Numbered from the stretch's first letter, positions 9,279 to 17,925 are shown. The stretch: 32,000 bases of DNA from Flavobacteriaceae bacterium (GCA_965224465.1 OZ245049.1:1530001-1562000), one strand, 5' to 3'. Notes: generated by a model from the letters alone, not told the origin. Numbers and translations are program-made.

Positions 9279-9452
9279 TTATTTTTTGCCCTTAAATATT
9301 TTAGAAAGGAGTATTATATTGATAAGTAAGGCAGATAAAATAAAAACATCGATGATAGTTTGGGTTCCAAAAATATTATATTGGAGGGTAATGATTGCTA
9401 AAAGCAAAAAAACTATAGAAAATATTAACCCCGTTTTCAGCGTGAAATTCAT
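9279..9452 (-). CDS. Possible small (57-aa) two-helix membrane protein
   Basis: Hand translation of the minus strand gives MNFTLKTGLIFSIVFLLLAIITLQYNIFGTQTIIDVFILSALLINIILLSKIFKGKK. This is below the 60-aa cutoff of the track. The plus-strand ORF 9274-9468 looks like its shadow. Confidence 0.3.
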   Translation of the reverse strand: MNFTLKTGLIFSIVFLLLAIITLQYNIFGTQTIIDVFILSALLINIILLSKIFKGKK

Positions 9453-9587
9453 GTTTTATTTATTTTAAATCAAAATATTTGCCTTCGATGAGACTTCATA
9501 CTGAAGGTTCTTGCTAAAGATATGAATTTTTGATGAAGCAACAAATACGCATTACGTTTAGCTTGTTGCATTTAGTTCTAATTTACC

Positions 9588-9749
9588 ACCACTTACAATT
9601 CAAAATAACCGGTATAAACAGTTAATTATACGTTCTAGCGTTGTTAAAAAACAGAACAATAGCTAACGGTTATCCATCCATTTTTAGCCTAGCATAAACA
9701 AAAGATAATTCCAATTCTAAACTGGCACTTGAAAATGCATTTGGTATAA
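9588..9749 (+). repeat. R160 repeat, copy B (full length)
   Basis: ACCACTTACAATTCAAAATAACCGGTATAAACAG...CTAGCGTTGTTAAAAAACAGAAC...CCATTTTTAGCCTAGCATAAAC...TTCTAAACTGGCACTTGAAAATGCATTTGGTATAA. It ends about 20 nt from the stop of the minus-strand gene at 9768. Confidence 0.85.
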
Positions 9750-9767
9750 GAGATTAGTTGCACTACG

Positions 9768-11135
9768 TTATTCTTTGTTGAATATAAATTCTGCACCACC
9801 TTGTTTTAATGTAAAAGTTTTTAATTCCGGTAAAAACTCAAATTCAGCACCCACTTGTTCAAAAGAAAATTTGTTATTTCCTTTATAGACAAGAGCTACT
9901 TTTGGCTGCCCTTCCCCTTGAGCGAATAGTATATCATTTTCTTGTGTAATTGTAAATTTAATAGGCGCTTTCTTAGATGAATAGACGCCAATATACTTCT
10001 CTAAGTCTGCTTTAGATATTGAAATTTTCTCAAATGTTGGAATCGTAAAAACTTTATCAAAATAACAACTTAATGCTCCAATTATAATATTGTTGTTATT
10101 ATAGTTTGTCCCGTTTGAACATAGAGAGATACTTAAATCATCTTCCGGAAAATAAAACAGAACAGAACTAAACGCATCAATTCCTCCAGTATGACCATAA
10201 CATTTTTTATCATAAAAAGGATATTGAAAAACTCCCATACCATAACCATCCGTAATTGTTGTCATTTTCCCAAGGCTTTGTTTTGAGATTATCTTTCCAG
10301 AAAAAAGAGCTTCTATAAATATTGTCAAATCCGTAGGAGTTGAAATAATTGCACCTGCTCCTAAGGGAATAGACAAATCAGTCTCTGTTTCTTTTACCCA
10401 GTTAGTTGTGTAATTATAAGAGTAACATTCGCTGTTATTTATGTTTATTGTACTACCTAGATACGTGTTTTTTAGATTAAGAGATTCGCTGATTTTTTCT
10501 CTAATTAAATCTTTAAAATTAGAATTGTATATTTTCTGTAATATAATTGATAATAAAACGTAGTTGGAATTGCTATACTCGCTTTTCGTATTAGGTTCAA
10601 AATCACTTTTGAAACCAGAAATAATTGCAAGCATTTCTTTTTCTGTTTTGAATTCGGTGTTATATGTTAGATATTTTTTATCGTTTGTGAAATTATGAAT
10701 TCCGCTTCTGTGATTTAGTAAATTAGCAATAGTAATTTTATTTGCATTTACTAATAAAGAAAAATAACTTTCAATAGTAGTGGTTAAACTAATTTTGTTT
10801 TCCTCAATTGCTTTAAAAACTAATGAAGCTGTAAACATTTTAGAAATTGATCCTATTCTATATTTAGTATTAACTGTCGATTTTTTAACCGTCTTAATAT
10901 CATCAAACCCAACTGATTTAGTATATATGATTTTTCCGTTTTGAGATAGAGAAATACTACCCATAAACTTATTATTCTTTTCCAATACGTTAAGTAAACT
11001 ATCTAATTTAAGTACATTTAAAACATGTATTTGTCTAGCATTTATTGTGTTTTTAGTTTGAGACAATGTCTTTTGTGCGATACACGATTGCAAGCACAAT
11101 ATGAACGTGAATATTAGTGATAATAGATATTTCAT
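9768..11135 (-). CDS. Serine hydrolase, beta-lactamase (class C / PBP4-like) family, secreted
   Basis: Signal peptide, S-x-x-K motif (GSISKMF), Y-x-N motif (YSNSNY), plus a C-terminal extra domain. 455 aa. Confidence 0.8.
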   Translation of the reverse strand: MKYLLSLIFTFILCLQSCIAQKTLSQTKNTINARQIHVLNVLKLDSLLNVLEKNNKFMGSISLSQNGKIIYTKSVGFDDIKTVKKSTVNTKYRIGSISKMFTASLVFKAIEENKISLTTTIESYFSLLVNANKITIANLLNHRSGIHNFTNDKKYLTYNTEFKTEKEMLAIISGFKSDFEPNTKSEYSNSNYVLLSIILQKIYNSNFKDLIREKISESLNLKNTYLGSTININNSECYSYNYTTNWVKETETDLSIPLGAGAIISTPTDLTIFIEALFSGKIISKQSLGKMTTITDGYGMGVFQYPFYDKKCYGHTGGIDAFSSVLFYFPEDDLSISLCSNGTNYNNNNIIIGALSCYFDKVFTIPTFEKISISKADLEKYIGVYSSKKAPIKFTITQENDILFAQGEGQPKVALVYKGNNKFSFEQVGAEFEFLPELKTFTLKQGGAEFIFNKE

Positions 11136-11140
11136 TTGTG

Positions 11141-11731
11141 TTATTTTTTATTATTTAAGATTCTTTTAGCTTTTAACATTAATGTAATAAAAACATATAA
11201 TATAATTGTGAAAATTATCATCACAGGGATAAACCAATACCCTAAAACTTCTTGATAATCAGAATTCCCTTTAACCAATCCTAGCGCTATAAATTTACCA
11301 TCTTTGAAATACATCCCTACATTGCTATTAAATAATTTAGCAAAAATAAAAAAGACAAAAGAGCCTAAGGATAAGTAAAGCAGAAAGAAAATGATATAAC
11401 TCACACCGTTTGTGATATTTAGCAAGAGTGCTTTTAAAATCTGAAATGGATTGAAAGATTTTGTAGCTTTTTCCAGCAACTTATCCGCTATCAATGGCTT
11501 TAGGACTTCTTCAGGTGACCCTAATTTATCTATAGCGTTTAAAAGAACATCTATTTCTTTTTTAAATTTATTGTTCTGTAAATGTTCATATATATGGCTA
11601 TTAAATTCCATTAACACCTCTTGTCTGTCTGAATCAAGAATAGGTTTTAATACATTTCTTAAGCTATTAAAGTAGTTATCATAGACACGTTGGGCATTTT
11701 TATCTTCAAATTCTATTTTTTTAAATTTCAT
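11141..11731 (-). CDS. PadR-associated membrane protein (DUF1700/HAAS-like)
   Basis: The soluble N-terminal domain resembles DUF1700 and is followed by TM helices. It overlaps the upstream PadR gene by 11 nt. Confidence 0.55.
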   Translation of the reverse strand: MKFKKIEFEDKNAQRVYDNYFNSLRNVLKPILDSDRQEVLMEFNSHIYEHLQNNKFKKEIDVLLNAIDKLGSPEEVLKPLIADKLLEKATKSFNPFQILKALLLNITNGVSYIIFFLLYLSLGSFVFFIFAKLFNSNVGMYFKDGKFIALGLVKGNSDYQEVLGYWFIPVMIIFTIILYVFITLMLKAKRILNNKK

Positions 11732-12065
11732 CGTTAGTTATTTTAGTTATTGACTCTTGTAATTCATTCCAATAGTTACGCATTTGCTTTAAAGTGACTT
11801 CACCTTCCTTTGTAAGTGTATAATACTTTCTTGGAATGCCAGATTCTTGTTCAACCCACTTTGAGTTGGTTAGCCCTTCTTTTTTTAATCGATTCATTAA
11901 AGGATATAGCGTGCCTTCTGCTATTTCAATAGCAGTTGATTTCTTTATAATTTCGATTAATTCGTAACCATATAACTCTTTTTTACTGATAGCATTTAAG
12001 ACAAGAAATGAAAGAGTCCCTTTCTTTACTTGTGATTTCCATTTATTTAAAAATTCGTTTTTCAA
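11721..12065 (-). CDS. PadR-family transcriptional regulator
   Basis: 114 aa with a winged-HTH core LSFLVLNAISKKELYGYELIEIIK...GTLYPLMNRLKKEGL...RKYYTLT, typical of PadR. Confidence 0.85.
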   Translation of the reverse strand: MKNEFLNKWKSQVKKGTLSFLVLNAISKKELYGYELIEIIKKSTAIEIAEGTLYPLMNRLKKEGLTNSKWVEQESGIPRKYYTLTKEGEVTLKQMRNYWNELQESITKITNDEI

Positions 12066-12101
12066 AATACATTGTTTTAATTAATACATAGTATAGCAAT
12101 G

Positions 12102-12146
12102 CAAACATACAACAATACATTGTTAAACAATGTATTGTTGTATGTT
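12102..12146 (-). promoter_or_regulatory. PadR promoter (-7 TAtgTTTG, -33 TTG at 18-nt spacing) embedded in a 43-bp perfect palindrome (putative PadR operator)
   Basis: Positions 12104-12146 pair perfectly around position 12125, giving 21-bp arms (AACATACAACAATACATTGTT / AACAATGTATTGTTGTATGTT). The minus-strand boxes lie at 12102-12109 and 12128-12130. An extra half-site ATACATTGTT sits at 12068-12077. Confidence 0.6.
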
Positions 12147-12298
12147 AATTTCAATAATCATTAAGTAACCTACTGTAAATTATAGCTTTACGTAATAAAT
12201 AAGATATTAAAATAGAAGTCGAGAAGTGTTTTTTAACGGGGTATAACGTCTCGAATAGGATAAATACGAGAATAAAAAGGAATTAGTTTTCTTTATTA

Positions 12299-13423
12299 CT
12301 TAAATTCAACTAATAAACGCAACTTTTCGATTTGATTCTATGATGGTTATATTTTCAAAACAGAAAAGTAGGAAAACCTACCTTTCTTGTCTTGATGGAT
12401 ATGTATCTTACGGTCTCAAATCTCGAAAAAAGAAGTTGTATGAAACACATCACCCAAGCGCAAAGATACACAATTTGTTGCATGTTAAAACAAGGTTATA
12501 AACAGGTTGAGATAGCAGCTGCTATAGGAAAAGACAAGTCTGTTATTAGCAAAGAGATTAAGCGTAATTCAGACAAAAGAAATGGAGTTTACAAGCATGA
12601 ATTAGCCCAAAAAAAGTATGCTAAACGTCATAAAGAAAAGCCTAAAAGAAAACGCTTTACAGAAGATATTCAACAAGCAATAGAGTTGTTATTGCGAGAC
12701 GATTATAGTCCTGAGCAAGTAGTTGGTGTCCTAAAAAAACAAGGTAAAGAAACGGTGTCTATTGAGCGTATATATCAGCATATTAGGGAAGACAAGAGGA
12801 ATGATGGTGATTTACATACACACCTTCGCAGACAGGGAAGGAGATATAGAAAACGTGGCTCATCAAAGGATTCTAGAGGGGTTATAAAGAATCGTATTAG
12901 TATAGAACAACGCCCTGAAGTTGTTGAACAAAGAAATCGATTTGGAGATTTAGAGGTCGATTTAATCATAGGTAAAAACCATAATCAAGCCATACTTACC
13001 GTAAATGATAGAGCTTCTGGAATGCTTAAAATGAAAAAAGTAAGCTCTAAAGAAGCAGTTGTTGTCACTAAAGCTATCAATGAAATATTAGAAGACTGGA
13101 AGCCTTATCTACATACTATAACAGCTGATAATGGAAAAGAATTTGCAGGCCATGAGCAGGTTGCAGAAAATTTATGTATTGATTACTTTTTTGCGCATCC
13201 ATATCACTCTTGGGAAAGAGGATCTAACGAAAATTTAAATGGTTTGATTAGACAATATTTTGCCAAAGGAAGTGACTTTACAAACCTAACAGATCAAAGA
13301 ATCAAAGAGGTAGAAACAAAATTAAATAACAGACCTAGGAAGAGACATAAATATCAAAATCCTATATTTGTAATGGAACAATTATTATTTAACTAAAAGT
13401 TGCGTTTGTGACTTGAATTCAGC
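12299..13423 (+). mobile_element. IS30-family insertion sequence, copy 3 (1125 bp), flanked by TTA/TTA
   Basis: Same ends as copies 1 and 2. TTA occurs at 12296-12298 and 13424-13426. Confidence 0.85.
12392..13396 (+). CDS. IS30-family transposase
   Basis: 334 aa, with a protein sequence identical to copy 1. Confidence 0.9.
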   Translation: MMDMYLTVSNLEKRSCMKHITQAQRYTICCMLKQGYKQVEIAAAIGKDKSVISKEIKRNSDKRNGVYKHELAQKKYAKRHKEKPKRKRFTEDIQQAIELLLRDDYSPEQVVGVLKKQGKETVSIERIYQHIREDKRNDGDLHTHLRRQGRRYRKRGSSKDSRGVIKNRISIEQRPEVVEQRNRFGDLEVDLIIGKNHNQAILTVNDRASGMLKMKKVSSKEAVVVTKAINEILEDWKPYLHTITADNGKEFAGHEQVAENLCIDYFFAHPYHSWERGSNENLNGLIRQYFAKGSDFTNLTDQRIKEVETKLNNRPRKRHKYQNPIFVMEQLLFN

Positions 13424-13433
13424 TTATTTGATA

Positions 13434-13500
13434 ATTCAGACACAACTATTTAACAAGCGCCTTTCAAATATACATATAATAGATATAGGGAGCATCTTTT
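13434..13500. repeat. Second repeat family (R70), copy 1, immediately right of IS30 copy 3
   Basis: ATTCAGACACAACTATTTAACAAGCGCCTTTCAAATATACATATAATAGATATAGGGAGCATCTTTT is about 85% identical to 15552-15620. It contains CAAATATA, which reads as a minus-strand TAtaTTTG box. Confidence 0.6.
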
Positions 13501-13819
13501 TAAAATAGATACTACGAGCAGCCAATTAAACTTTCAGGACACCATCTCACAATAAGGAGTCATTTTTAAACAAAAAAGAGTCCTTAAATAAAACTGAATT
13601 CCACCTCTTAAACCTCTCGCTATAAAGTTTTATGAATTTCTATTAAAAGAGCATTAAAATAAGCAAACAATAAAGCCAGTCCTATTGTATTAATTACATT
13701 TAAGAATCCTACAGGAATACCATATATAACGCATCTTTATTGATTAAATTGATAGAATAAATAACTGATAGAAACATAAATAGTAAAAGACCAACTTTAG
13801 TAAGCATGGTGCATGTTTT

Positions 13820-14179
13820 CTACTTATTTAAATCTTCAGAAATCAAAGGTTTTGCATCGGAATATGGTCTTAACCAAATAGCAAAATTTATAACTATTAA
13901 TTGACTTAAGCCAAAGGCAAAACCTAAAAACACCCATAAGGTTTGATTTAACCTATACTTTTCAGTTAATGATACTGTCCACATTCCAATTATTATTCTA
14001 AGAGTTACAGAGATCATTAATAGTAGTACCCAATCATCAGAAAAACTATTTTTAGCTATAAAAGGAAGAAACCAAAAATATTCAATTATATAAAGTGTCA
14101 CAGCAACAAGTAACGGGGTAAAAGTTATAGGACTACTTTGTTTTGAAGTCAATTTTTTATTTTCGTTTTTTTCTCTCAA
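13820..14179 (-). CDS. Hypothetical small integral membrane protein
   Basis: 119-aa ORF with three to four hydrophobic helices. No recognisable family motif. Confidence 0.5.
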   Translation of the reverse strand: MREKNENKKLTSKQSSPITFTPLLVAVTLYIIEYFWFLPFIAKNSFSDDWVLLLMISVTLRIIIGMWTVSLTEKYRLNQTLWVFLGFAFGLSQLIVINFAIWLRPYSDAKPLISEDLNK

Positions 14180-14274
14180 TTTCTTGTTTTTTTAATAAAA
14201 CACCACAAACATCTATGATACCATACATGGCGGCACACCTATATTGTCTACAATGCAGCTTGATTAATTTTAAT

Positions 14275-15542
14275 GGTTCTACCACGAATGTTGTGGAATT
14301 AGTATCTTTACCTCAAAAAGATGTTTTCAACAAAACTGTTTGAGTTACTATTAAATTTAGGAACAGATTGGAAGGTTTGTGATGTAAAAGTTAATTATCT
14401 AGATTCAGAAATAGACATATTTATCGACTATATACCAACTAAAGCATCTTGTCCAGACACAGAAGAGTTGTGTAGTATTTATGATCATAGAAGCACTCGT
14501 AGATGGCGTCATTTAGACACCTTACAATTCAAAACCTACATTAATTGCAAAGTCCCAAGAGTTAAGTCAACTAAAGGCGTTAAAACGATAACGGTACCAT
14601 GGGCTAGTAATTTTTATCGTCATACTTATCTATTTGAAAGGCTAACTATAGACTTATTGAAAGCAACAAAAAATCAAAGTCAAACGGCTAAACTATTACG
14701 TTGTGGCTTTAATATTGTAAACCGAATCATACATACTTCTGTAAAAAGAGGGCTTTCTAAGAGGTCAGAAAACCAAAGATTTTCTCATCTAAGTATAGAT
14801 GAAAAATCTTTCAAAAAGGGGCATAACTATGTGACTGTAGTTAGTGATCCGAGTACAGGAATTGTAATTGATGTTGCAGAAGGCAGGACTAAAAAAGAGA
14901 CTAAAATTTTACTTAAAAAGATTGTAAATGAGATAAATAGAGATGAAGTAGAGACCGTTTCTATTGACATGTGGAAAGCCTATTTATCATCAGTAAAAGA
15001 AGTTTTTCCAAATGCGAAAGTTGTCCATGATCGATTTCACTTAGTAAAGTACTTAAATGATGCTATAGATAAAGTTCGCAGACGTGAAGTGAAAAAAGAA
15101 GAAGGTCTTAAAAATAGTAGATTTGTATTGCTTAAAAATAAAGAAAACTTAACGGATAAACAAAGAGTATTATTTGACAAAATACAAGAAGCAAATTATC
15201 AAGCAAGTAAAGCATGGTTAGCTAAAGAAAATTTTAAAAATATATTTAGAAGCCCATCTTTGAAAGTTGCTTTAGGTCTTTTTATCAAATGGGGAGCAAG
15301 TGTTTTGGAAACAAAAATTAAAGAAATTATAAAGGTTGCTAAGATGTTTAATAACCATATAGAAGGGGTGTGTAATGCAATGATTGAGACTGCTTCTAAT
15401 GCAATGGCAGAAAGACTAAATGGTAAAATACAAGAAATAAAATCTATCGGTAAAGGTTACAGAACTTTCGCTAATTTTAGAAGTGCAATACTATTTTTTA
15501 ATGGAGGTTTAGATTTGTACCCACACAAATCGTGGTAGAACC
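14275..15542 (+). mobile_element. ISL3-family insertion sequence, copy 2 (1268 bp) with 8-bp target duplication ATTTTAAT
   Basis: Same inverted ends as copy 1. ATTTTAAT occurs at 14267-14274 and 15543-15550. Confidence 0.9.
14321..15538 (+). CDS. ISL3-family transposase
   Basis: 405 aa, with about 11 substitutions relative to the copy at 5509-6726. Confidence 0.85.
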   Translation: MFSTKLFELLLNLGTDWKVCDVKVNYLDSEIDIFIDYIPTKASCPDTEELCSIYDHRSTRRWRHLDTLQFKTYINCKVPRVKSTKGVKTITVPWASNFYRHTYLFERLTIDLLKATKNQSQTAKLLRCGFNIVNRIIHTSVKRGLSKRSENQRFSHLSIDEKSFKKGHNYVTVVSDPSTGIVIDVAEGRTKKETKILLKKIVNEINRDEVETVSIDMWKAYLSSVKEVFPNAKVVHDRFHLVKYLNDAIDKVRRREVKKEEGLKNSRFVLLKNKENLTDKQRVLFDKIQEANYQASKAWLAKENFKNIFRSPSLKVALGLFIKWGASVLETKIKEIIKVAKMFNNHIEGVCNAMIETASNAMAERLNGKIQEIKSIGKGYRTFANFRSAILFFNGGLDLYPHKSW

Positions 15543-15551
15543 ATTTTAATT

Positions 15552-15620
15552 ATTCAGACACAACTATATTACAAGTGTCTTTCAAATATACATAGAATAA
15601 ATAATAGGGAGCAGTCTTTT
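15552..15620. repeat. Second repeat family (R70), copy 2, immediately right of ISL3 copy 2
   Basis: ATTCAGACACAACTATATTACAAGTGTCTTTCAAATATACATAGAATAAATAATAGGGAGCAGTCTTTT. Homologous to 13434-13500. Confidence 0.6.
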
Positions 15621-15681
15621 TTAACTGGTTTAATCAATACTTGTTTAATACATCACGGATAATGCATCGCACAAAGCCAAC

Positions 15682-15727
15682 ACCAACTACATTTCCAAGT
15701 GAAGGTTTAGAAATGGGATTATTTTTT
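15682..15727 (-). repeat. R160 repeat, partial copy J (3' module only, inverted)
   Basis: ACCAACTACATTTCCAAGTGAAGGTTTAGAAATGGGATTATTTTTT is the reverse complement of the consensus 3' module AAAAAATAATCCYATTTCTAAACCGTCACTTGGAAATGTATTTGGT. Confidence 0.7.
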
Positions 15728-15756
15728 AAAGACGAGGGATTGCAACTAAACAACAA

Positions 15757-15784
15757 AAAGCCTTAACAAACATGTTAAGGCTTT
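15757..15784 (-). terminator. Rho-independent terminator of rpmE
   Basis: 12-bp stem AAAGCCTTAACA / TGTTAAGGCTTT with a 4-nt loop. A T-run follows on the minus strand (TTTTGTTGTTT). Confidence 0.75.
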
Positions 15785-15807
15785 CAATTATATGATAAGC
15801 TAATTTC

Positions 15808-16059
15808 TTATTTCTTGAATTTAGCGTATTTGTTCTTAAATTTATCAATACGACCTGCCGTATCAATTAATTTAGTTTTTCCTGTATAGAATGGGTGAGA
15901 AGTTCTTGAGATCTCTAATTTAACTAAAGGGTATTCATTACCATCAACATCAATAGTTTCTTTAGTATTAGCGGAAGAACGAGTTAAAAAAACATCGCCG
16001 TTAGACATGTCTTTAAATGCAATCATTCTATAGTTTTCTGGATGTATACCTTTTTTCAT
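15808..16059 (-). CDS. rpmE: 50S ribosomal protein L31, type B (no CxxC zinc motif)
   Basis: 83 aa, [10 protein letters not shown]...SHPFYTGK...DTAGRIDKF, with the classic L31 motifs. Confidence 0.9.
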   Translation of the reverse strand: MKKGIHPENYRMIAFKDMSNGDVFLTRSSANTKETIDVDGNEYPLVKLEISRTSHPFYTGKTKLIDTAGRIDKFKNKYAKFKK

Positions 16060-16096
16060 CGTTAACTCGTTTTATTATGTTTTATTTTTCAGATTG

Positions 16097-16125
16097 CAAA
16101 TTTAACCATATTTTTGGAACTTCAA
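16097..16125 (-). promoter_or_regulatory. rpmE promoter (-7 TAaaTTTG, -33 TTG, 18-nt spacer)
   Basis: Plus-strand CAAATTTA at 16097-16104 and CAA at 16123-16125, with a 37-nt leader to the ATG at 16059. A divergent plus-strand TAatTTTG at 16130-16137 may serve the 16176 gene. Confidence 0.5.
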
Positions 16126-16175
16126 ACAATAATTTTGTTTTTCTTTACCAATAATATTAAAATAACATCTAAAAA

Positions 16176-17219
16176 ATGAAATCGATTAAAATATTAATTC
16201 AAATTCTCGTTTTAATTCCATTATTCACGGCTTGTAAATCCGAGTATAGCTTTAATTTAAACAGTCCTGCAAAGTTACAAATAAATCAAAAACTAACAGT
16301 CACAGTTATTGAAAAAAATAATCAACCAATAACAGCTGTTCAATTTTCTATTGACGGAAAAAAATTACCGAAATCTGACACCCAAAGTTTACATCTTTCT
16401 ATCACAGATTACACACTCGGAAAACACACAATTAGTGCCTTAGTATTTTATACTGACAAGACAAAGAAGGTAGACAAAACTGTTTATTTTTTAGCTGACA
16501 AATCACCAGACATATACACCTACAAAATCGTCAACACTTACCCTCACGACCCTAAAGCTTACACTCAAGGACTAGAGTACCACAACGGATACCTCTACGA
16601 AAGCACAGGTCGCAATGGAGATTCTTCTATTCGGAAAGTAGCATTAGAAACAGGAAAAGTACTAAAGCAAGTAGATATAGACGAAAAGTATTTCGCAGAA
16701 GGCTTGACTATTTTTAATAACAAAATATACCAACTCACATGGAAAAAAGGAATTGGATTTATCTACAACTTAGAAACTTTTGAAAAAGAAGGAACCTTTA
16801 AGTACACCAAAAGCATTGAAGGTTGGGGATTGACAAATAACGGAAAAAAGCTTATTAAAACAGATGGATCGGAACGCATTTGGTTTTTAAACGAAACAAC
16901 TCAATTAGAAGAAAATTACATAGAGGCCTACACCAACAAACGCAAAGCCCAACGTTTAAACGAACTTGAATACATCAATGGTTTTATTTATGCTAATGTG
17001 TGGCAAGAAAACACCATTATAATGATCAACCCACTTTCTGGGCGTATCGTAGGAGCCGCTAATTTAAAAGGACTTAAGACTATTGTTGCAAGAACTCAAA
17101 AACTAGACCCTAATGATGATGTTTTAAACGGAATTGCATACGATAAGAAAAACAACCGCCTCTTTGTAACAGGGAAACACTGGAGCAAATTATTTGAAAT
17201 AGAATTGATTAAAAAATAA
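16176..17219 (+). CDS. Glutaminyl-peptide cyclotransferase (beta-propeller, plant/bacterial type) with lipoprotein signal and N-terminal Ig-like domain
   Basis: Lipobox-like LFTAC, then YPHDPKAYTQGLEY...GLYESTG...AEGLT...EGWGLT...LNELEY...NGIAYD propeller repeats typical of glutamine cyclotransferases. Confidence 0.75.
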   Translation: MKSIKILIQILVLIPLFTACKSEYSFNLNSPAKLQINQKLTVTVIEKNNQPITAVQFSIDGKKLPKSDTQSLHLSITDYTLGKHTISALVFYTDKTKKVDKTVYFLADKSPDIYTYKIVNTYPHDPKAYTQGLEYHNGYLYESTGRNGDSSIRKVALETGKVLKQVDIDEKYFAEGLTIFNNKIYQLTWKKGIGFIYNLETFEKEGTFKYTKSIEGWGLTNNGKKLIKTDGSERIWFLNETTQLEENYIEAYTNKRKAQRLNELEYINGFIYANVWQENTIIMINPLSGRIVGAANLKGLKTIVARTQKLDPNDDVLNGIAYDKKNNRLFVTGKHWSKLFEIELIKK

Positions 17220-17241
17220 GCAACATTATAAACGCATCATT

Positions 17242-17922
17242 TTGAAAAACATTATTATTACAGGAACTAGCCGAGGCATTGGTTTTGAATTGGCGCAACT
17301 ATTCGCCAAAAAAGGACATCAAGTCCTTGCTATTTCAAGAAACAGTAAGCCCATAACAGATTTAAATATCAAAAACATCCATGCACTATCTGTTGATTTA
17401 TTAAAAGAAAACGATCTCGAAAAAATTTCGACATTTATTTCTAAAAACTGGAAACACGTAGATGTATTGATACACAATGCTGGAAAGCTAATCAATAAAC
17501 CCTTTGAAAAGATCACTTCAGAAGAATTCCTTAGCGTTTATCAAGTAAACGTATTGGCAGTGGCTGAATTGACAAAAAAAATGATTCCATTTTTAAAAGA
17601 AAACAGTCATGTAGTCACCATCAGTAGTATGGGAGGCATCCAAGGAAGTATGAAATTCCCAGGACTGGCGGCATACAGCTCGTCAAAAGGAGCCGTAATT
17701 ACATTGAGCGAATTACTAGCAGAAGAATATAAAGAACAAAAAATAGCCTTTAATGTGCTTGCCCTAGGAGCGGTACAAACCGAGATGCTAGAAGAAGCAT
17801 TCCCTGGCTACCAAGCTCCAGTAACGCCCGTAGAAATGGCTTCATATATTTACAATTTTGCACTTACAGGCACTACTTTTCACAACGGAAAAGTAATAGA
17901 AGTATCTGCAACAACACCTTAA
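17242..17922 (+). CDS. Short-chain dehydrogenase/reductase (SDR), TTG start
   Basis: The Rossmann motif TGTSRGIG begins at residue 7. NAG and the catalytic S...YSSSK are present. There is no in-frame ATG upstream after the preceding stop. Confidence 0.85.
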   Translation: MKNIIITGTSRGIGFELAQLFAKKGHQVLAISRNSKPITDLNIKNIHALSVDLLKENDLEKISTFISKNWKHVDVLIHNAGKLINKPFEKITSEEFLSVYQVNVLAVAELTKKMIPFLKENSHVVTISSMGGIQGSMKFPGLAAYSSSKGAVITLSELLAEEYKEQKIAFNVLALGAVQTEMLEEAFPGYQAPVTPVEMASYIYNFALTGTTFHNGKVIEVSATTP

Positions 17923-17925
17923 CAA

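Noticed and set aside
13610-13807. Minus-strand small hydrophobic ORF (MLTKVGLLLFMFLSVIYSINLINKDALYMVFL*), which continues after a frame change as VGFLNVINTIGLALLFAYFNALLIEIHKTL*.
   Set aside because: It could be a frameshifted small membrane-protein pseudogene downstream of the 13820-14179 gene. It is only 32 codons in one frame, has no recognisable family, and hydrophobic ORFs are easy to find in AT-rich DNA. That is insufficient support to annotate it.
14143-14343. 66-aa plus-strand ORF spanning the ISL3 left end.
   Set aside because: It crosses the IS boundary and overlaps the start of the minus-strand membrane-protein gene and the transposase start, so it is a junction artefact.
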